Source: a virus (Duplodnaviria; Heunggongvirae; Uroviricota; Caudoviricetes). Taken from it: 64,000 nt of DNA. The stretch lies in IMG/VR virus record IMGVR_UViG_3300031555_004037; one strand, given 5' to 3'. The notes beneath the pieces were generated by a model. The model was not told the origin of the DNA, did not search any database, and saw only the letters and a program-made list of their open reading frames with translations. The first letter of the stretch is position 1. Each line of letters opens with the position of its first letter. The translations under genes were made by a program, and so were the position numbers. Positions 9,864-20,406 of the stretch are shown piece by piece.

Positions 9864-10784
9864 ATGAAAGGAAAAACACTTATGAAATATATAATTATTG
9901 AAAAGAAAAATAGAGATTTATTTGTAATATATGATACAACAAATGGTGGAGTTTGTTGTTGTAGTTTATATACTATTAAACAGTTAGTTAATGATTATCA
10001 CGCTACTATTATTGGTTTTAATGGTAATAAGGTTGTGGAATGTGATTTAGACGGTAATGTGAGAAATAAGAAAGCCCCTAGTATGTGTGAAATTCTTACA
10101 AAAAGAAGTGCGTCCACTATCATTAAAGGTTTAGACGAAAAGCATTATCCAAGAACAAAAACTATTAGAAGATGTACAGGCTCTATTGTAGAGGTAGAAT
10201 TTAAAAATGAAACTTCTATTGGTATTCAGTCAAGTAATGGAAATGTTTGTTTAATAGATAATAGAATTGTATTTAAAAGTGATATTATTAAGATAAATGT
10301 CACTACAGTAGATAAAGAAACAGAAAAACTTTTAAAAACTTTAATGACTAATAAGGAAGAAATCGCAAAAATAAATAATAAGAAGAAAAAGATAGAAGAT
10401 GCTTATGATAAAAAAATTGAGAAACTTATGAAAGAAAGAAATGCTATTTTATATGAATTAAACACAGAAATTCGCAATAATGATGAAAATTCAAAAACAC
10501 TTTGTTTAGATTATAAGTATAAAGATGTTACTGGTAATGAACTTTGTAGATATTCATTTTGTTCAAAGAGTGATGTTTCTTTAGAATTTATGAAAGTTTT
10601 AATTAAAAGAACAACAAAGCCTATTGTATATACTTACGGGTTGGGATATAGAAACCCTACAACTTATAGAGTACCTATTACAAAGGAAAAGGCATTTGAA
10701 TATCTTGATAGATGTATGATTGATATTACTGCTGAAACAACTTGTATTCACATTAACGAGTTTTCTGGAAATGATATGTGGTAG
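9864..10784 (+). CDS. Hypothetical protein
   Basis: Long ORF after promoter. Confidence 0.65.
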   Translation: MKGKTLMKYIIIEKKNRDLFVIYDTTNGGVCCCSLYTIKQLVNDYHATIIGFNGNKVVECDLDGNVRNKKAPSMCEILTKRSASTIIKGLDEKHYPRTKTIRRCTGSIVEVEFKNETSIGIQSSNGNVCLIDNRIVFKSDIIKINVTTVDKETEKLLKTLMTNKEEIAKINNKKKKIEDAYDKKIEKLMKERNAILYELNTEIRNNDENSKTLCLDYKYKDVTGNELCRYSFCSKSDVSLEFMKVLIKRTTKPIVYTYGLGYRNPTTYRVPITKEKAFEYLDRCMIDITAETTCIHINEFSGNDMW

Positions 10785-10799
10785 AAAGGAGAGATACTT

Positions 10800-11156
10800 A
10801 TGTGTATGTTTTGTGGAAATACTAACCCAGTATTGAAAATTGAGATTACAGACAAGTATGGAACTATTGAATATTGTCCTAATTGTTTATGCTTATACGC
10901 ATATAATAATGGAATTGATTTTGTAGAAAGTCCATTTTTTAAAGACGATATTACAAATACTTATGGTGCGATTTGTTATCATAGTTTTGATGAAACATAT
11001 TTCTTATCTCTTGAAACATTAAAGAGATTAGTTTGTCATAATCTTACTAAAGAAGAATATCGTATTCTAGTAAATAAATATGGGGAACATAAATTTATGC
11101 TACACGATGATTTTTATTTAGAAGATGGAACACCAATTCAACCAATGGGGGTATAA
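10800..11156 (+). CDS. Hypothetical protein (CxxC pairs)
   Basis: ORF, SD. Confidence 0.6.
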   Translation: MCMFCGNTNPVLKIEITDKYGTIEYCPNCLCLYAYNNGIDFVESPFFKDDITNTYGAICYHSFDETYFLSLETLKRLVCHNLTKEEYRILVNKYGEHKFMLHDDFYLEDGTPIQPMGV

Positions 11157-11160
11157 GATT

Positions 11161-11328
11161 ATGTATATTGTTGGAGTAAAGAATAATAAATACCACAATT
11201 TTAAAATTGTATTTGAATCAAGATTTAAAAAAGTGGCAGAAGTTTATTCAATGTTATGTAAACCTTTCTTTAATTTTACAGAAGTAAAAAACACAAAAGA
11301 TATAAAAATTGTAGAAAAAGAATGTTAA
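11161..11328 (+). CDS. Small hypothetical protein
   Basis: ORF; start at internal ATG with SD. Confidence 0.5.
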   Translation: MYIVGVKNNKYHNFKIVFESRFKKVAEVYSMLCKPFFNFTEVKNTKDIKIVEKEC

Positions 11329-11331
11329 AAT

Positions 11332-11362
11332 AAAAAATACCCATTTAATTTGGGTATTTTTT
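11332..11362 (+). terminator. Intrinsic terminator
   Basis: AATACCC/GGGTATT + T tract. Confidence 0.75.
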
Positions 11363-11363
11363 G

Positions 11364-11392
11364 TTTACAAATTTATAAATCAATGATATAAT
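11364..11392 (+). promoter_or_regulatory. SigA-type promoter
   Basis: TTTACA-N17-TATAAT, TG extension. Confidence 0.8.
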
Positions 11393-11419
11393 AAAATAAA
11401 TTGAAAGGAGATTATAATT

Positions 11420-12283
11420 ATGCTTTATGGTGCAATTATAGGAGATATTGCAGGTAGTCGTTTTGAAAAAAAGAAAGCACCTGAATATAATTTTGATATA
11501 TTTAGTAAAAGTTCAAAAATTACAGACGATACTATTTTAACTTGTGCAATCGCAAAATCTGTTTTGGATTGTAAAGGAGATTATAGTGAATTAAGTAATC
11601 ATTGTATTACTAATATGAAAGAATTTGCTAATAAATATCCTAACGCAGGATATGGTTCTTCTTTTATAAATTGGGTTAAAGATACAACTTGCAAACCTTA
11701 TAATAGTTATGGAAATGGTGCTGCTATGAGAATTAGCCCTATTGCATATTTATTATATTGTTATCAAAAAGGTTCAAAAAAACAACTATTAGAATATGTA
11801 AAAATGGTAACAAATACAACACATAATCATACTGAAAGTATTATAGGGGCTTATGCTATTTCACTTACAATGTGTTTAGTAATGTCTAAAAAATATACAT
11901 TAGAAGAAATTAAAGACATACTTTTAAATAAAGAAAAACTGTATAATATAAATGTTACTTATAAAGATATTAAAACAGATAGACCCTTTAGTTTAAATTT
12001 TAATTATAAAGATATTAAAATAGATAGACCTTTTAGTTGTACTTGTGAACATACTGTACCTATTGCTTTAATTTGTGCATTAGAATCAACATCATTTGAA
12101 GACGCAATAAGAAAAGCAGTTTGTGTTGGGGGAGATACAGACACAATAGCAGCTATGACAGGTAGTATTGCTGAATGTATTTATGATATACCTAAAGAAT
12201 TTATTGATGGGGCAAATAGATATTTAACCAAAGATTTATTTAAAGTTGTTCAAGAGTTTAATGATTTTATTAAGAAAGGATAA
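11420..12283 (+). CDS. ADP-ribosylglycohydrolase (DraG/ARH family)
   Basis: GAIIGDIAG, TDDT, SYGNGAAMR, GGDTDT. Confidence 0.92.
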   Translation: MLYGAIIGDIAGSRFEKKKAPEYNFDIFSKSSKITDDTILTCAIAKSVLDCKGDYSELSNHCITNMKEFANKYPNAGYGSSFINWVKDTTCKPYNSYGNGAAMRISPIAYLLYCYQKGSKKQLLEYVKMVTNTTHNHTESIIGAYAISLTMCLVMSKKYTLEEIKDILLNKEKLYNINVTYKDIKTDRPFSLNFNYKDIKIDRPFSCTCEHTVPIALICALESTSFEDAIRKAVCVGGDTDTIAAMTGSIAECIYDIPKEFIDGANRYLTKDLFKVVQEFNDFIKKG

Positions 12284-12289
12284 GAGATT

Positions 12290-13222
12290 ATGGATATGAT
12301 GAAATTAAAACAGAGATTTTGTAAAGATAATAAAGTACCATTACAGTTATTTGTATCTCCTTATTTTGAAGAGAGATTAAAATTATTTGGTTTTTCAGAT
12401 AAGTGGGAAGAGTTTTTAACTGTTTTAGAAGATTTTGAAAGTGTTGATGCGTATTTAGAGTATTATAATCAAGTAAAGGATAATATTATTGATTATATTA
12501 AAAATTCAGGGGCTTATCAGAAACTTAATTCTGATGATATGAATAATTACTCTAAATTTCAGATTAGGCAGTCTGATGTTTATAAAGAATCTAATATCGG
12601 TAAGAAATTCATTAGTATTGATATGAAAAAGGCTAATTTTAGTGCATTAGTTAAGTATGCAAAAGATACAGGAACTAAATTCTTTGATAGTTTTAATTAT
12701 GATGAATTTATGAAACAGTTTACTAAATATGATTATATTTCAAATTCAAAATATATTAGACAGGTTGTATTTGGTAATTGTAATCCAAAAAGACAAATTA
12801 TTTATGAATCGTACCTTATGAGTGACTTATTGCATAAGTTAATTGATATGAATTTGGTATTAGAAAGTGACATTTACAGTATGTGTTCAGATGAGATTGT
12901 TATTTCTGTATCTGATGAATTAAATGTTTCAGAAATTAAGCGTTTTTGTGATGAGTTTAATGAATTTCCTATTAGTTTTGAGTATTTTACTTTATTTAAG
13001 TTAGTTAATACTCAAGCATATATTAAGCAACCATTGACTGTTGATAAAAATTCTATTGTTGTTTCTATGCCTATTTTAAAATGTGTAAATCCTTATGATG
13101 CACCTTTTATTTATAGGTTTATGAATAATGAACCATATCAACCTAATGATTGTGTATTTATGTTTGAAAATAAATTAGCAAAACTTATGGAAACACCTAA
13201 TATTACTATTAAAACTAGATAA
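12290..13222 (+). CDS. Hypothetical protein
   Basis: Long ORF; SIDMKKANF and SDE motifs. Confidence 0.65.
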   Translation: MDMMKLKQRFCKDNKVPLQLFVSPYFEERLKLFGFSDKWEEFLTVLEDFESVDAYLEYYNQVKDNIIDYIKNSGAYQKLNSDDMNNYSKFQIRQSDVYKESNIGKKFISIDMKKANFSALVKYAKDTGTKFFDSFNYDEFMKQFTKYDYISNSKYIRQVVFGNCNPKRQIIYESYLMSDLLHKLIDMNLVLESDIYSMCSDEIVISVSDELNVSEIKRFCDEFNEFPISFEYFTLFKLVNTQAYIKQPLTVDKNSIVVSMPILKCVNPYDAPFIYRFMNNEPYQPNDCVFMFENKLAKLMETPNITIKTR

Positions 13223-13256
13223 AATACTATTTATTTATATAAAGGGGGCTTAAATT

Positions 13257-13412
13257 ATGAAAGTTAAAACTGATAAATTTAAAATTGACGAATTATTTAA
13301 GCCTTTTGTAAACTTAAATAATAATCAAAATAAACAACAAAATCATAATAACGAAAATAAACAATCTTTTCAAGATTTGTTAGATGAGATTATGAATAAT
13401 AGTAAGGAGTGA
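13257..13412 (+). CDS. Small Asn-rich protein
   Basis: Manual ORF, SD, TGA overlaps next GTG. Confidence 0.5.
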   Translation: MKVKTDKFKIDELFKPFVNLNNNQNKQQNHNNENKQSFQDLLDEIMNNSKE

Positions 13413-13726
13413 TAGTATTGAGATTATCAGATTGGACAGTAATAAAATATGTTGATGAAGATTTCCATAGATATATTTATGGCGATTTATGTGAATATAT
13501 GATAGAATGTGGTAATTCAACTGATTTTAAAATTATACCATTTGATAAATTGACAAATGATGATTGTATTGCTTTAATGACAAATTTGTTTCAAGACATA
13601 AATAGACACGCTTTGATTAAACATTTAGAATATGTTGTTGAAACAATGAAAGATTTAGATATGTGTGACATAAATAACTTTTTAAGATTTCATACAATTA
13701 AAGTGTTTGATATGTACGGTTATTAA
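13409..13726 (+). CDS. Hypothetical protein
   Basis: ORF, SD. Confidence 0.6.
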   Translation: MIVLRLSDWTVIKYVDEDFHRYIYGDLCEYMIECGNSTDFKIIPFDKLTNDDCIALMTNLFQDINRHALIKHLEYVVETMKDLDMCDINNFLRFHTIKVFDMYGY

Positions 13727-13776
13727 AATTACTTATATGAAATATAGGGGAAAATTTTTATAGAGGGGAAATTATT

Positions 13777-14628
13777 ATGAAAAATGATATAGAAGAAAGA
13801 TTTAAGAAATTTTATGAAATGCGTTCTAGGGTTTATCTATATAGAAGAACACCTGTAATTATTAGATTAGATGGTAAAGCATTTCACACATTTACAAGAA
13901 ATTTTGTAAAACCATTTGATGATATTTTAATATCAACAATGCAAAAAACTATGAAATATCTATGTGAGAATATTCAAGGCTGTGTATTAGGTTATACTCA
14001 ATCAGATGAAATTTCTCTATTACTAATTGATTATCAAGAATTAGACTCTAGTGCTTGGTTTGATTATAGAATGGATAAATTAGTTAGTGTGAGTGCGAGT
14101 ATGGCAACTTTTGCATTTAATAGATATTTTTCAGACGCTATTAAAAGTTTTGAAATTGCTTTAGCCTATAATGATAGTATTGAAGATAATGAAGAAAATA
14201 GAAAACTTTTAAAAGTTTATCAAACTGCTTGTGAAAATGGTGCATTATTTGACGCTAGAGCATTTAATCTTCCTAAAGAAGAGGTAACTAATTATTTCTT
14301 TTGTAGACAAAATGACGCAACTAAAAATTCTATTCAAATGGTTGGTCAAAAATATTTTTCTCAAAAGGAATTAAATAAAAAGAATACAAATGATATTCAA
14401 GATATGCTTTTAACTCAAAAAGATGTTAATTGGAATAATTTTAGTATTCCTCAAAAGCGTGGTACTTGTGCTGTAAAAAATAAAATTATTATTGAAAAGA
14501 ATGATAATACTATAACAGCACAATTAAGAGATACTACTAAATCTGAAAATGCGTGGATTATTGATACTAATATTCCTATTTTTAAACAAGATGGTAGGGA
14601 TTATATTGAGAAACTTGTAAACATTTAA
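13777..14628 (+). CDS. thg1: Thg1-like tRNA-His guanylyltransferase / 3'-5' polymerase
   Basis: IIRLDGKAFHTFT, YTQSDEISL, FDARAF, RQNDA.KNSI. Confidence 0.92.
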   Translation: MKNDIEERFKKFYEMRSRVYLYRRTPVIIRLDGKAFHTFTRNFVKPFDDILISTMQKTMKYLCENIQGCVLGYTQSDEISLLLIDYQELDSSAWFDYRMDKLVSVSASMATFAFNRYFSDAIKSFEIALAYNDSIEDNEENRKLLKVYQTACENGALFDARAFNLPKEEVTNYFFCRQNDATKNSIQMVGQKYFSQKELNKKNTNDIQDMLLTQKDVNWNNFSIPQKRGTCAVKNKIIIEKNDNTITAQLRDTTKSENAWIIDTNIPIFKQDGRDYIEKLVNI

Positions 14629-14678
14629 TTAAATTATTGATATAATAATAAAAAATATTTTATTCTTGGAGGAAAATT

Positions 14679-15602
14679 ATGAAAAAAATTATTATCACAT
14701 TGTTGTGTGGAACACTTATTGCTTTGTCACTCGTTGGTTGTTCAAAGGATAGCAAAGAAAAGACCGATGTATCAGAAATTGCTAGTGAAACAGACGCTAG
14801 TGAAATCGAAACAAGTGAAGAAAGTAATGTAGTAGATTACACAAATGCAACTTATGAAAATTCTTCTTGGGTATCAAGAATTGATTGGTCTAATTTAGAA
14901 GATTTAAACGAACTTGTAGTATATGAAGAAAGTGGTATTTCATTTCCTATGGGGGAAGATGATACAACTAAATTATATAATATGACATCTGAAATGAATT
15001 GTGGTTATCCAGTTGTATATACTTATGGAAATGCACCAGATGAAACAACTATTGGTACATATTGTGCTGAACTTGAAAATATTTCAACACTTAATTCATT
15101 TGATTGTATTATAGAAGATAAAATGGAATATGAAGAAGACGGAACAACTGTAAAGAATGAGTATCTTCATAATATGACACCTACAATTTGGGTACATTCA
15201 GATTATCAAACATTATATATTCTTGATTTCTTTGATGGTATATATAAACCATTAGATAAAGATAATGTAGAAATAAATACAAGAAATGTTATGGTATTGA
15301 ATGATTTAATCAAGAATAATTTAGGTAAGCCTGATTATGTATATTGTTCTACGGATAAATTAGATGAGGTAGATAAGTATATTAGTTATGAGGGAGATAC
15401 GGTTGTTCGTACTTGTGTAATTTGGTCATTTGAAGACGGTTCAACTGTTGTTATAAATGGTACAGAGTTAGCATATGATGATGGTATTCATTTGTCTATT
15501 CAGAATATTACATATAGCAAGGACACTTATTATTTAGATAGTATTTTAACAGAAATGTTAAATAATAATCTTATTGATGTAAAGCCTTTGCTTATGAACT
15601 AA
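14679..15602 (+). CDS. Acidic lipoprotein
   Basis: Signal peptide with LVGC lipobox. Confidence 0.75.
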   Translation: MKKIIITLLCGTLIALSLVGCSKDSKEKTDVSEIASETDASEIETSEESNVVDYTNATYENSSWVSRIDWSNLEDLNELVVYEESGISFPMGEDDTTKLYNMTSEMNCGYPVVYTYGNAPDETTIGTYCAELENISTLNSFDCIIEDKMEYEEDGTTVKNEYLHNMTPTIWVHSDYQTLYILDFFDGIYKPLDKDNVEINTRNVMVLNDLIKNNLGKPDYVYCSTDKLDEVDKYISYEGDTVVRTCVIWSFEDGSTVVINGTELAYDDGIHLSIQNITYSKDTYYLDSILTEMLNNNLIDVKPLLMN

Positions 15603-15617
15603 TAGGAGAGTGATTTA

Positions 15618-16988
15618 ATGTTTGGATTAAAAAAGAAGAAAATTTCATTAACAAAAGACGAAATTGCAAAATTATTAAATACTAATCCAAAAGCATTAGA
15701 AGAATTTGAAAAAGCATATAATTCAGTTGCTATGGAAAGTGATAATTTTTTTGATATAAATTCTCGACAAGCAGTTGAAGAGCATAAAAATAATTTATCA
15801 CAAGTAAATATTTCAAATGATTTAGTAGAAAGAATTGTTGAAGAATTAGTAAATAAAACTGCAATTTGGAATTTTAATGGAACAGAAATTAATACAAATA
15901 TTCAATCATTAAATAAAGAAATATCTTATATTACTAATGAAGATTTAAAAGATATTCCATTAGAAGAAAGACCTATGTTGACAGGAAATCTAATGAAAAC
16001 TGATTTAGAACCTGGAACTACATCTAGTGCATTGTTATATAATTATAAACAATATTTAGATACAAATAATAAACAGTTTTATCATATGTTTAGACAAGGT
16101 TTAGATATATTAGATTTAGACGCACTAACTTATGAAATTTTAGGTACAAATCCTAATGCAATGGGTTATTGGTTGCCTAATATTATTGATACTGTATTAC
16201 AGAATGGATTTTTTAAAGTACCAAAAACAACAATTATTAAAGTACCTTTAACCTTATTACAATTAACTAGATTAGAATATAATTCATTAAATGCAATTAC
16301 TTTAAAAATTGTAGATGAATATTGTAAAAAAGTATTTGATTTACAATTAGATGGAGATTATTTTATCAAAACAGGTACATATAGTTCTAAATTTGATTTT
16401 AGAAATGTTAGAGTAACTACACCAAAAGAAGTAAATGAACTTGGGGAATATTTATTATTCATTCATTTTCAAGCAAATATGATGGCAGGTCCTTTATCAA
16501 GACCTAGTATTTATGGTGTTAGTACAACAAATGAATGGGTTGTTCGAGATTTTATTGAAGATAAAGAAAATAATGGTTGTATTTATCACGGACTACCTTT
16601 ACATACAGAATATAGAGTATTTGTTGATTTTGATACAAATGAAGTATTAGGAATTAGTCCATATTGGAAACCTGATGTTATGAAAAAGAAATTTGATGAG
16701 GGTTTTGAAAATGGAAATGCTGATTTAATGCACGATGCTATTATATATAGAAGTATGGAAGAAACTCTAATGCGTAGATATGAAGAAAATAAAGATTTAA
16801 TTGTATCTAAAGTATTAGAATTATTACCTAATGCGAATTTATGTGGTCAATGGTCTATTGATATAATGCAAAATGGTAATGATTTTTGGCTAATTGATAT
16901 GGCACTTGCTGTAAATTCAGCGTTAAATGAATGTGTTCCTACAAATAAATTAAAGCCGATTAAAGAAAATTGGCTACCAAAAATATAA
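15618..16988 (+). CDS. ATP-grasp-like protein
   Basis: FIKTG, EYRVFV, WSIDIM..WLIDMA pattern. Confidence 0.55.
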   Translation: MFGLKKKKISLTKDEIAKLLNTNPKALEEFEKAYNSVAMESDNFFDINSRQAVEEHKNNLSQVNISNDLVERIVEELVNKTAIWNFNGTEINTNIQSLNKEISYITNEDLKDIPLEERPMLTGNLMKTDLEPGTTSSALLYNYKQYLDTNNKQFYHMFRQGLDILDLDALTYEILGTNPNAMGYWLPNIIDTVLQNGFFKVPKTTIIKVPLTLLQLTRLEYNSLNAITLKIVDEYCKKVFDLQLDGDYFIKTGTYSSKFDFRNVRVTTPKEVNELGEYLLFIHFQANMMAGPLSRPSIYGVSTTNEWVVRDFIEDKENNGCIYHGLPLHTEYRVFVDFDTNEVLGISPYWKPDVMKKKFDEGFENGNADLMHDAIIYRSMEETLMRRYEENKDLIVSKVLELLPNANLCGQWSIDIMQNGNDFWLIDMALAVNSALNECVPTNKLKPIKENWLPKI

Positions 16989-17003
16989 AGGAGAAGTGAT
17001 AAT

Positions 17004-17453
17004 ATGACAAATATTTCAAATGAGGATATAATAATTCCTGTTGAAGACGAAATTTCAGAAAATACAAAAGAAGAAACAAATGATACTGTGGAAACAGTAG
17101 TAGAAAAATCAAAAGATACTGATGTAGAAAATAAAATTAAATATATTGATAAAACAAATTATAAGACTTTGATTTTAGATTTACTTATTGGTATATTTTT
17201 AGCATTTATTTCTTATGCACCTACTGTTTCAGATATAACAGTAAATATTAAACATATTGGTTTTAACATTGGACTTGGTGTGGTATCTATATTTTATTTA
17301 TTTTTATCTACTGATTGTATTATGAGATTATTACTATCTTTTAAGATAAAAATTAAATCTCTTAATTATGCAACTATTTTAACAACTATATCCACAATTT
17401 TAGTATTAATTTCAAGTATTCTTATGTGGATAAGTTCATTTAGTATTATTTAG
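17004..17453 (+). CDS. Membrane protein
   Basis: Acidic N-terminus plus about 3 hydrophobic segments. Confidence 0.6.
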   Translation: MTNISNEDIIIPVEDEISENTKEETNDTVETVVEKSKDTDVENKIKYIDKTNYKTLILDLLIGIFLAFISYAPTVSDITVNIKHIGFNIGLGVVSIFYLFLSTDCIMRLLLSFKIKIKSLNYATILTTISTILVLISSILMWISSFSII

Positions 17454-17462
17454 GAGATAATT

Positions 17463-17657
17463 ATGTATAATATTGACTTAACTCTATATACAAAAAATGA
17501 TGTTATAAAAATTAGATATATAGATAAATTACCACATTGTAAATTAACACCATTAGTAAAGGATAAAATTGATAAGTGGATTAGTGATAATTTAAAAATG
17601 AAAGTTTATTATTATGATGTGTGTATTACACCATATCGTCAAAAAATCGCTATTTAA
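17463..17657 (+). CDS. Hypothetical protein
   Basis: ORF, SD. Confidence 0.55.
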   Translation: MYNIDLTLYTKNDVIKIRYIDKLPHCKLTPLVKDKIDKWISDNLKMKVYYYDVCITPYRQKIAI

Positions 17658-17714
17658 AAATTAAATAAGTGTCGATTTTTAATAAGTCGGCACTTTAAAT
17701 AAAGGGGAATAAAT

Positions 17715-17984
17715 ATGAATACTTTATTAGTAACTAGAATTATGAATTTTGTAGATTATACAAATAAAAATTGTAATTGTAGAGATACCATTAGTAAAAT
17801 TAAAGATAATAATAATGGAACAATTACAGTTGTATTTAAAGGACATTATGGGGAGAATTTTCCTTTGATTTTTTCATTGAATGAAAATGAATTAGTTATT
17901 ACAAATGAAAATGGACAATCTATTTTTGACTTTTTAGGTCATTTAGATGAAGATACTATTAAATTGTTAAAATTCGGAGAGTAG
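17715..17984 (+). CDS. Hypothetical protein
   Basis: ORF, SD. Confidence 0.55.
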   Translation: MNTLLVTRIMNFVDYTNKNCNCRDTISKIKDNNNGTITVVFKGHYGENFPLIFSLNENELVITNENGQSIFDFLGHLDEDTIKLLKFGE

Positions 17985-17992
17985 GTGTATAT

Positions 17993-18334
17993 ATGAAACC
18001 TTTACATTGTATGTCTTGTCATATAAGTACAAGTGAATTGGATAGACTTAAAAGATTAAAGGATGTTTTATATCATATTGAGTCAACAAATAATTATTCA
18101 ATTAGATTTAATTGGTATCTTAATCCTAGATGTAAATTTGGTGTAAGTTGTAATGAAATTACTAAATTAAAAAGACAATTAGAAAGATATGCAGAAGAAA
18201 TTGAACCTAAATTAGTAACTGTTGGTTTATCAGATGATGATAATTTGTATCATCAAGTATTAAGATTATTACAAGGTTATTTTCCGTCTGTTTATAAACA
18301 ATTAGAAATTATATATCACACTAAAAGAATATAA
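17993..18334 (+). CDS. Hypothetical protein
   Basis: ORF, SD. Confidence 0.55.
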   Translation: MKPLHCMSCHISTSELDRLKRLKDVLYHIESTNNYSIRFNWYLNPRCKFGVSCNEITKLKRQLERYAEEIEPKLVTVGLSDDDNLYHQVLRLLQGYFPSVYKQLEIIYHTKRI

Positions 18335-18390
18335 AATAAAAGCCTTATCTATTATATAGATGTGGCTTTTTAATTTATTTAAAATTATTG

Positions 18391-18419
18391 TTTACAAACT
18401 GAATAATTTGTGCTACAAT
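18391..18419 (+). promoter_or_regulatory. SigA-type promoter
   Basis: TTTACA-N17-TACAAT, TG extension. Confidence 0.75.
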
Positions 18420-18444
18420 AACCACATAAACATAAGTTAAGGAG

Positions 18445-19455
18445 ATGTTACAAATGGATAAAATTAAAGAATTATTAAAAACAGACGATTATAAATTTTT
18501 ATATGATGATGTATTAAATGATAATATCTGTCTATTAACTTTAGGTGGAAGTCACGCTTATGGAACAAATATTGAGGGTTCTGATGTAGATGTGCGTGGG
18601 ATTTTTGTTCCGTCTAAAAAGGATATTATTTTAGGTATTCATAATAAACAGTATATCAATACTGAAACTGATACAGTTATTTATGAATTAGATAAAATTA
18701 TCAATTATTTATCTGAATGTAATCCTAATACCATTGAAATGTTAGGATGTAAACCTGAACAGTATTTATATGTAAATGATTATGGTAAAATGATTTTAGA
18801 TAATAAAGAAATCTTTTTAAGTAAGAAAGCAATTCCTAGATTTACTGGATATGCTAATCAGCAGTTATATAGATTAAAGCAGAAATCTTTATGTGCTCTG
18901 TCAAATGAAGAATATAATGACCATATTGCAAAGGTTATTATTGGAATGAAAGAACATCTTACAAGAGCATTTGGATTTGATGTGTCTAATTGTATCAATT
19001 CTTATGAAAAAGACGGACATCTTATGTTTGATTTACAGTTTAATGAAATTGAAGATGAGAAACTAATTGGTTTAGTAGATGAAATTAAAAATACTGTAAA
19101 TAACTATAAGAAGAAATCAAATAGAAATAATAAGGCAATTAAGCACGAAAAGTTAAATAAACACGCTATGCACCTTATTAGATTATATATGATGGGTATT
19201 GATTTACTTGAAAAGAAAGAAATCATCACATATCGTTCTGGTGCTGACCACGAATTACTTATGGACATTAGAAATAAAAAGTATTTTAATGAAAATGATA
19301 TGCCAAATGACGCATTTTTTGATATTCTTAATGAGTATGAAAAGAGATTTGAGTATGCAAAAAAGAACACAGAGTTACCAGATGAACCTAATTATAAGGA
19401 AATCAATGAATTAGTTTATGATATTAAAAGTCATATTTTATATGGGGGTATTTAA
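18445..19455 (+). CDS. Pol-beta-superfamily nucleotidyltransferase (RlaP/YcgL-like)
   Basis: GGSHAYG..GSDVDVRG, NPNTIE, H..RL..MG. Confidence 0.82.
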   Translation: MLQMDKIKELLKTDDYKFLYDDVLNDNICLLTLGGSHAYGTNIEGSDVDVRGIFVPSKKDIILGIHNKQYINTETDTVIYELDKIINYLSECNPNTIEMLGCKPEQYLYVNDYGKMILDNKEIFLSKKAIPRFTGYANQQLYRLKQKSLCALSNEEYNDHIAKVIIGMKEHLTRAFGFDVSNCINSYEKDGHLMFDLQFNEIEDEKLIGLVDEIKNTVNNYKKKSNRNNKAIKHEKLNKHAMHLIRLYMMGIDLLEKKEIITYRSGADHELLMDIRNKKYFNENDMPNDAFFDILNEYEKRFEYAKKNTELPDEPNYKEINELVYDIKSHILYGGI

Positions 19456-19457
19456 TT

Positions 19458-20402
19458 ATGGTATTTATTAAAGATTTAGTTGAAAATGGAAATGTATCAG
19501 AAGTTTATTTATGTAAGGGCAAACAGTTGGGAACTGCAAAGAATGGTTCTAATTATTTAACATTTACATTTATGGACAAAACAGGCACTATTGACGGAAA
19601 GATTTGGGATGTATCAGAAGATACTATGTCAGATTTAGAAGAGATTACTGTTGGTAGTTTTGTAAATGTTCGTGGTGCTATCACATCATTTAATGGTAAG
19701 TTACAGATTAACATTTCTGGTATTAGTATGGCTGATGATTATGACGAGAGTAATTATTATCCTATTACTGATAAGAATATTGAAGAAATGTGGAATAAGA
19801 CCACAGAACTTGTAAATTCTGTAGAAAATGAGTTCTTAAATGCTTTATTAAAGGAGTTTTTTGATAATGATAAGATTAAGAGTGGATATGTGAAATCATC
19901 TGCTGCTAAATCTATTCATCACGCATTTATTGGTGGACTTTTAGAACACTCCCTTAATGTTGCTTTACATTGTAAAAATTATTGTGAATTATATCATAAC
20001 ACATTCAATTATGATTTACTTATTACTGCTGCCTTATTACACGATATTGGTAAGATTAGAGAATTATCTGCATTTCCAGAAAATGATTATACTGACGAGG
20101 GTAACTTATTAGGACACGTTTATATGGGTGCTGAAATGATTACAATTAAAGCAAAAAATATTCCTAATTTCCCTAGAGTATTATTAACAGAATTAAAGCA
20201 TTGTATTTTAGCACATCACGGAGAGTTAGAATATGGTTCTCCTAAAAAGCCTGCGTTAATTGAGGCACTTGCTTTATCTTATGCTGACGGTACAGACGCA
20301 AAAATTCAGACTTTTAAAGAGAAAATTGCTAGTGCTAATGAGTATGAATATGTTTCAGACAGATTTTTAGGACTTAATGTGAGAAAAACATATGGACAGT
20401 AA
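19458..20402 (+). CDS. yhaM: 3'-5' exoribonuclease YhaM family (OB + HD)
   Basis: OB fold; HHAFIGGLLEH, LLHDIGK, HHG.LEYGSP. Confidence 0.88.
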   Translation: MVFIKDLVENGNVSEVYLCKGKQLGTAKNGSNYLTFTFMDKTGTIDGKIWDVSEDTMSDLEEITVGSFVNVRGAITSFNGKLQINISGISMADDYDESNYYPITDKNIEEMWNKTTELVNSVENEFLNALLKEFFDNDKIKSGYVKSSAAKSIHHAFIGGLLEHSLNVALHCKNYCELYHNTFNYDLLITAALLHDIGKIRELSAFPENDYTDEGNLLGHVYMGAEMITIKAKNIPNFPRVLLTELKHCILAHHGELEYGSPKKPALIEALALSYADGTDAKIQTFKEKIASANEYEYVSDRFLGLNVRKTYGQ

Positions 20403-20406
20403 TAAT

